Assembly: GCF_051201565.1 (NCBI RefSeq)
Contig: NZ_CP179200.1
Location: 1,590,001 to 1,622,000 of the forward strand
Source of the DNA: Pseudothioglobus sp. nBUS_23
GTDB lineage: Bacteria > Pseudomonadota > Gammaproteobacteria > PS1 > Pseudothioglobaceae
Direction: 5' to 3'
Length of the DNA stretch: 32,000 nt
Shown here: piece by piece, positions 29,312 to 32,000 of the stretch
Position numbering within the stretch: the first letter of the stretch is position 1
Layout: the number at the start of each line of letters is the position of its first letter
The notes under the pieces: generated by a model
The model's input: the letters and a program-made list of their open reading frames with translations, nothing else
Told to the model about the DNA's origin: nothing
Database searches by the model: none
Translations under genes and position numbers: made by a program

Positions 29312-29330
29312 ATATCAAAATTGATATCAA
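29312..29330. promoter_or_regulatory. overlapping inverted repeats ATATCAA-AA-TTGATAT (29312..29327) and TTGATATCAA (29321..29330); candidate operator
   Basis: Read directly; 32-50 nt upstream of the SBP start codon (29280). It uses the same ATCAA/TTGAT half-sites as the palindrome at 9164..9173. Confidence 0.3.
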
Positions 29331-29361
29331 GCTTGAGACAAAAGTTGCCGCAAGAAAATTT

Positions 29362-29373
29362 AGTATACATCAA
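29362..29373. promoter_or_regulatory. second copy of the 12-mer AGTATACATCAA
   Basis: Identical to 9157..9168. It lies 82-93 nt upstream of the ABC SBP start; the other copy lies 68-79 nt upstream of the TRAP SBP start, in the same orientation relative to the gene. Confidence 0.3.
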
Positions 29374-29396
29374 ATATTTTAATTTGTTATATTTTT

Positions 29397-29418
29397 TTCT
29401 ATTTTTTGAAAAATAGAA
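29397..29418. promoter_or_regulatory. perfect inverted repeat with 10-bp arms, TTCTATTTTT-TG-AAAAATAGAA; candidate operator in the iol divergent control region
   Basis: Read directly. It is followed by the palindrome AACATATGTT (29417..29426), a TATAAT hexamer (29426..29431) and the direct repeat TGTTATA (29423..29429 and 29433..29439). Confidence 0.3.
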
Positions 29419-29491
29419 CATATGTTATAATTTGTTATAGATTAATATCTTTATCACCCTATTATTAAACTAGAATTATAAAAAAAATAAT

Positions 29492-29510
29492 CCAAGAAAT
29501 GACTTCTTGG
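29492..29510. promoter_or_regulatory. inverted repeat CCAAGAA-ATGAC-TTCTTGG; candidate operator or 5'-UTR hairpin in front of iolA
   Basis: Read directly. It has perfect 7-bp arms containing G/C in an otherwise A+T-only spacer, 36 nt upstream of ATG 29546. A CAAGAA half-site also occurs at 29351..29356. Confidence 0.35.
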
Positions 29511-29545
29511 TATATTAACTCATTACATTTAATAAAATTACTTTT

Positions 29546-31045
29546 ATGTCTTCAAACAATCTTCAACATATTATTGGTGGCAAGAAATATTCTGGATCAT
29601 CAGGTCGAACACTAAGTGTTTTTAATCCTGCCACTGGCCAAGTTACAAAAACCATTGAAGCTGCTAGTGCAAAAGATACAGCCAAAGCGATTCAAGTAGC
29701 AAGTAATGCCTTTGAAGATTGGAGTCAAGTTCCTCCCTCTAAACGGGCTCAAATCATGTTTACTTATCGTGAGCTTATTATTAAGCACACCGATGAACTC
29801 GCAGAACTTGTCTCAAAGGAACATGGAAAGACTTTTGCAGATGCACAGGGCGAGGTGGGAAGAGGCCTTGAGATTGTGGAGTACTGCACGGCAATTAACA
29901 ATCATCTGAAGTCTGACTTTAGTGCGGATGTCTCCAGAGGCATTGATAGCCATAATCTGCGTCAAGCGCTTGGCGTCTGTGCGGGTATTGTTCCGTTTAA
30001 CTTCCCTGCGATGGTGCCGATGTGGATGTACCCAGTAGCGATTGCCTGTGGCAACACGTTCGTATTAAAACTCTCAGAGAAAGTACCCTCATGTGGGTTA
30101 AGACTCACTGAACTCATGCATGAAGCTGGTCTTCCAGATGGCGTATTAAATACAATCGTTGGCGATAAAGAAGCAGTCGATGAAATCCTAACCAACCCTC
30201 AAGTGAGAGCAGTGAGCTTTGTAGGCTCGACTGGTGTGGGTGAGTACATTTATCAAGAAGGCTCAAAAAATAACAAAAGAGTTCAAGCATTATGCGGCGC
30301 TAAAAATCATATGATAGTGATGCCCGATGCTGATCTTGATCAAAGCAGTGATGCAATCATTGGAGCAGCCTATGGCTCTGCAGGTGAAAGATGTATGGCT
30401 ATCTCTGTTGTGGTTGCAGTCGGAGATGAAACAGCAGATCAGCTGATTGAGTCTCTGACGCCTAAAGTTAAGTCACTGAAAATTGGCGCTTACGATGAGC
30501 CTGGTGTTGAGATGGGCCCAGTCGTCTCCAAAGAAAGTCAGGAAAAAATTGTCTCTTATATTGATGCTGGACTCAAGGCCGGTGCTGATCTAAAAGTGGA
30601 TGGCAGGTCTGAGACAGAAAGAGATGGCTTCTTTGTAGGCGGATGTCTTTTTGACAATGTCACCTCTGAGATGTCAATCTACACTGATGAAATCTTTGGT
30701 CCAGTTCTCTCTGTGGTTAGAGTCTCAAGTTATGATGAAGCGCTTAAGCTTGTCAATGACCATGAATATGGTAACGGCACAGCCATTTTTACAAGGGACG
30801 GTGATACTGCTAGGCACTTTACAACAAATGTGAAAGTGGGCATGGTTGGCGTTAACATACCCATCCCTGTTCCTGTAGCAATGCATAGTTTTGGCGGTTG
30901 GAAGAGATCTCTTTTTGGCGGCTCCTCGATTCATGGAATGGAAGGCGTAAGGTTTTATACGCAGCTTAAAACGATTACCTCGAGATGGCCATCTGGCATT
31001 AGAAAGGGCGCTCAGTTCAATTTTGAGAGTGGAAAAGACGTTTAA
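29546..31045 (+). CDS. iolA: CoA-acylating methylmalonate/malonate-semialdehyde dehydrogenase
   Basis: 499 aa in the ALDH superfamily, with FNFPAM, VGSTGVG and the catalytic Cys in GERCMA. Length and N-terminus (HIIGGKKYSG...VFNPATGQV) are typical of MmsA/IolA. It is divergent from the iol array. Confidence 0.9.
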   Translation: MSSNNLQHIIGGKKYSGSSGRTLSVFNPATGQVTKTIEAASAKDTAKAIQVASNAFEDWSQVPPSKRAQIMFTYRELIIKHTDELAELVSKEHGKTFADAQGEVGRGLEIVEYCTAINNHLKSDFSADVSRGIDSHNLRQALGVCAGIVPFNFPAMVPMWMYPVAIACGNTFVLKLSEKVPSCGLRLTELMHEAGLPDGVLNTIVGDKEAVDEILTNPQVRAVSFVGSTGVGEYIYQEGSKNNKRVQALCGAKNHMIVMPDADLDQSSDAIIGAAYGSAGERCMAISVVVAVGDETADQLIESLTPKVKSLKIGAYDEPGVEMGPVVSKESQEKIVSYIDAGLKAGADLKVDGRSETERDGFFVGGCLFDNVTSEMSIYTDEIFGPVLSVVRVSSYDEALKLVNDHEYGNGTAIFTRDGDTARHFTTNVKVGMVGVNIPIPVPVAMHSFGGWKRSLFGGSSIHGMEGVRFYTQLKTITSRWPSGIRKGAQFNFESGKDV

Positions 31046-31111
31046 TTTTCTTCTAGTTTCTCTGTAAATTTTATTCCATATTTTCTCTAACTTACAGCTG
31101 TAAAAAAACAG

Positions 31112-31140
31112 TTGACAGTGATTAAATTTCGTATCAAAAT
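31112..31140 (+). promoter_or_regulatory. candidate sigma-70 promoter for the MttB-family gene (TTGACA - 17 nt - CAAAAT)
   Basis: Perfect -35 hexamer at 31112..31117. The -10 at 31135..31140 is weak (4/6). It lies 31 nt upstream of ATG 31171. Confidence 0.35.
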
Positions 31141-31170
31141 GCAGTTTATACATAAACTCAATCTACGAAC

Positions 31171-32000
31171 ATGACTAGACGAAAATCAGGTGGAAGAGAA
31201 GCTAGAATTGCTCTAAGAAATGCGCCACTAAAAGAAGAAGAAAAACCTGTCAATGCAGGTGAAATAGGTGGCAGATACAAACCCTTAAGTGACAAACAGG
31301 TTGGGGATATTGAAGCCAATATCTATAGAATTCTTGAAGAGGTTGGATTTGGTGATGCAACTCCCCATTGTATTGAAACCTGTGTCGCTTTTGGAGCAAC
31401 ACTTGGAGACGATGGAAGGTTACGAATGTCCAAAGAAATTGTTGACAAGGCAATCAATCTTTCGCAAAGTAATCTAACGCTTTTTGGTCAATCGCCAAAA
31501 CATGATTTAGATCTCAGTGGATCTAGAGTTCATTTTTCAACTGCTGGTGCTGCAGTTCTTATTGCTGATCCTGAAAACAATGAATACAGAGAGTCTGAGA
31601 GTCAAGATTTATACGACATGGCAAGAATCGCCGATAAGTGTGAGCATATTCATATGTTTCAACGAACTTGCGTTCTAAGAGATATTGCTAGCCCAAGAGA
31701 GATGGATCAAAACTCAGTTTATTGTGTTGCGATGGGAACTGAAAAACATGCTGGTGTTAGCTTTACAGAATCTAAACATGTAACTGATGCCCTAGAGATG
31801 CTTCATATGATTGCTGGGAGTGAGGAAAAGTGGAGAGAAAGACCTTTTATTAGTATGAGCAACTGTCATGTAGTTCCGCCAATGAAATTTGCAGAAGAAT
31901 CATTGGAGTGTGTACGTGTTGGGGTTGAGGGTGGTATGCCTATTTTACTTTTGTCAGCTGGCCAGGCTGGTGCTACCGCGCCACCATTATTACCAGGGGT
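31171..32000 (+). CDS. trimethylamine-methyltransferase (MttB) superfamily protein, 5' part (runs off the right edge); probably a quaternary-amine methyltransferase
   Basis: My own translation; this gene is not in the ORF track because it is open-ended: MTRRKSGGREARIALRNAPLKEEEKPVNAGEIGGRYKPLSDKQVGDIEANIYRILEEVGF...GGMPILLLSAGQAGATAPPLLPG. It gives 276 codons with no stop. The N-terminal RRxGGRxAR and the overall pattern are typical of bacterial MttB-family proteins. Confidence 0.8.
   Translation, partial: MTRRKSGGREARIALRNAPLKEEEKPVNAGEIGGRYKPLSDKQVGDIEANIYRILEEVGFGDATPHCIETCVAFGATLGDDGRLRMSKEIVDKAINLSQSNLTLFGQSPKHDLDLSGSRVHFSTAGAAVLIADPENNEYRESESQDLYDMARIADKCEHIHMFQRTCVLRDIASPREMDQNSVYCVAMGTEKHAGVSFTESKHVTDALEMLHMIAGSEEKWRERPFISMSNCHVVPPMKFAEESLECVRVGVEGGMPILLLSAGQAGATAPPLLPG

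Noticed and set aside
29499-29615. Short ORF starting at ATG 29499 (MTSWYINSLHLIKLLLCLQT...) that overlaps the iolA start in another frame
   Set aside because: It has no ribosome-binding site, its ATG sits in the loop of the 29492..29510 inverted repeat, and it overlaps a well-supported gene. It is most likely fortuitous.
29706-31477. ORFs 29706..29909(+), 29962..30195(-), 30651..30833(+), 30725..31153(-), 31250..31453(-) and 31289..31477(+)
   Set aside because: The first four overlap iolA out of frame or antisense. The last two overlap the MttB-family frame that starts at 31171, which is far longer and has clear family character.

Overview
This is an A+T-rich, very compact bacterial chromosome segment. 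Most same-strand gaps are under 30 nt, and many stop and start codons overlap (ATGA or TAATG). It reads like a streamlined marine proteobacterium, but taxonomy cannot be settled without a database search. I found no rRNA, tRNA, CRISPR array, transposase, integrase, phage gene or recognisable defence gene. Almost everything encodes catabolism or transport of small polar metabolites. (1) 428-9089 holds a suyAB-hpsNOP-like cluster for the organosulfonate 2,3-dihydroxypropane-1-sulfonate (DHPS). It has a GntR/UTRA regulator and a convergent TRAP transporter. (2) 9338-12934 holds a GMC (choline-dehydrogenase-like) flavoenzyme, an ABC-2-like membrane protein with no adjacent ATPase, and a lipoprotein. 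(3) 13032-14072 is a class I DAHP synthase. (4) 14081-31045 is an inositol (iol) locus. Its minus strand carries a 14-gene, roughly 15 kb array: a CUT2-type ABC transporter, iolG, an embedded RpiR regulator, iolB, an iolC-DUF2090 fusion, iolD, a PhyH-family Fe(II)/2-oxoglutarate dioxygenase and iolE. A second, diverged module follows (Gfo/Idh/MocA oxidoreductase, second IolC, second IolB, class II aldolase). iolA/mmsA is transcribed divergently. (5) 31171-32000 is the 5' part of an MttB-superfamily methyltransferase gene that is missing from the ORF track. I see no wholly new system such as a defence island. The best candidates for undescribed biology are the dioxygenase embedded in the iol operon together with the duplicated lower-pathway module, which may form a branch for a modified or alternative cyclitol. 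A second candidate is a sequence motif shared by the control regions of the two unrelated transporters. All functional calls rest on my recognition of protein family motifs and on gene context; no searches were run.
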